In this document: positions 63,362 to 64,000 of the stretch, in pieces | Position numbering within the stretch: position 1 is the stretch's first letter | Layout of the letters: the number at the start of each line of letters is the position of its first letter | Assembly: GCA_022813965.1 (NCBI GenBank) | Contig: JALDZS010000070.1 | Span: forward strand, 1-64,000 | Length of the DNA stretch: 64,000 nt | DNA from: Toensbergia leucococca | Lineage: Eukaryota | Reading direction: 5' to 3' | Position numbers and translations under genes: made by a program | Notes under the pieces: model-generated | What the model was told of the DNA's origin: nothing | What the model saw: only the letters and a program-made list of their open reading frames with translations | The model's database searches: none

Positions 63362-64000
63362 GAATAGGGGGGGAGTCATGTTCTGTAATATTATAGTTTT
63401 TTTTTTTCCTGGTGAATGATGACGATGCTATTTTAGATCAATCTTTCAAGACAACGGCCCATTTGAAATAGCGCCCCCTGTTTCACTCCTGCACCCCTCA
63501 AATTCAATATATATATATATTCTATACCCTCCCCTTGATACACAATGCCTGCTTTGACAATATTGAGGCTTCTGAGCGCAATGTCACGTGAGGAAAGGTG
63601 ACTGCAAAACAAACACCTTCCTTCTCTTTATTCTACTCATAATCTCTATCTAATAATTCTTATAGCTTTTTATGACTCTTTCTACTAGAGAAGGGGCTAT
63701 ACCTTATCTTTGTCAGAGAGACATAAGAAGGTAAGTAAAAAAGAAGACTTGTATGATGAAATGAAAACATAAAGGGGGTTAAAACAGTAGAGATAAGGTT
63801 ATTTACTCTAAGGCATTTCAATAACCCTACCCCCCCCTCACCAAAAAAAACACACTCAAATAAATGACTACAACGCTCAAGCACACAAAAAAAACCATCA
63901 CATTCTCTCATCAAACACAACTCAATTCCCCTCCCTTCACACACTCTATCCCCCCTCAAATCACCTCAACCATCCTCTCCCCCTCAAAAAAAGAGCACAC

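Overview
This is eukaryotic DNA from a filamentous ascomycete (Pezizomycotina): genes have short GT-AG introns with CTRAC branch sites. Recognisable genes, in order: NmrA-like protein (partial), NPP1-type phosphodiesterase, Amidoligase_2 protein, Chk2/Rad53 kinase, CFEM-PTH11-like receptor, CYP53 benzoate 4-monooxygenase, APC amino-acid permease, Tgl1/Yeh-like lipase, PEX6, Pho84-like MFS transporter, BTB protein and an SdsA1/BDS1-type alkyl sulfatase, plus several hypotheticals. The most unusual element is an intergenic array at 29.6-31.1 kb with about 19 copies of the 19-nt motif TGATGTCAAGCCCTCCTTC (minus strand GAAGGAGGGCUUGACAUCA) separated by variable spacers. It is not protein-coding, because the copies fall in different frames. 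On the minus strand most copies form the 5' arm and loop of a hairpin closed with G-U wobbles and compensatory changes, and the array lies in an apparent TATA-driven, multi-intron transcript. I interpret it as a candidate spliced, poly-hairpin non-coding RNA. A second theme is three otherwise intact genes at 49-61 kb, each broken by one in-frame stop; one is a TAG exactly at a Trp position conserved in the duplicated domain. All calls are by eye, with no database searches run.
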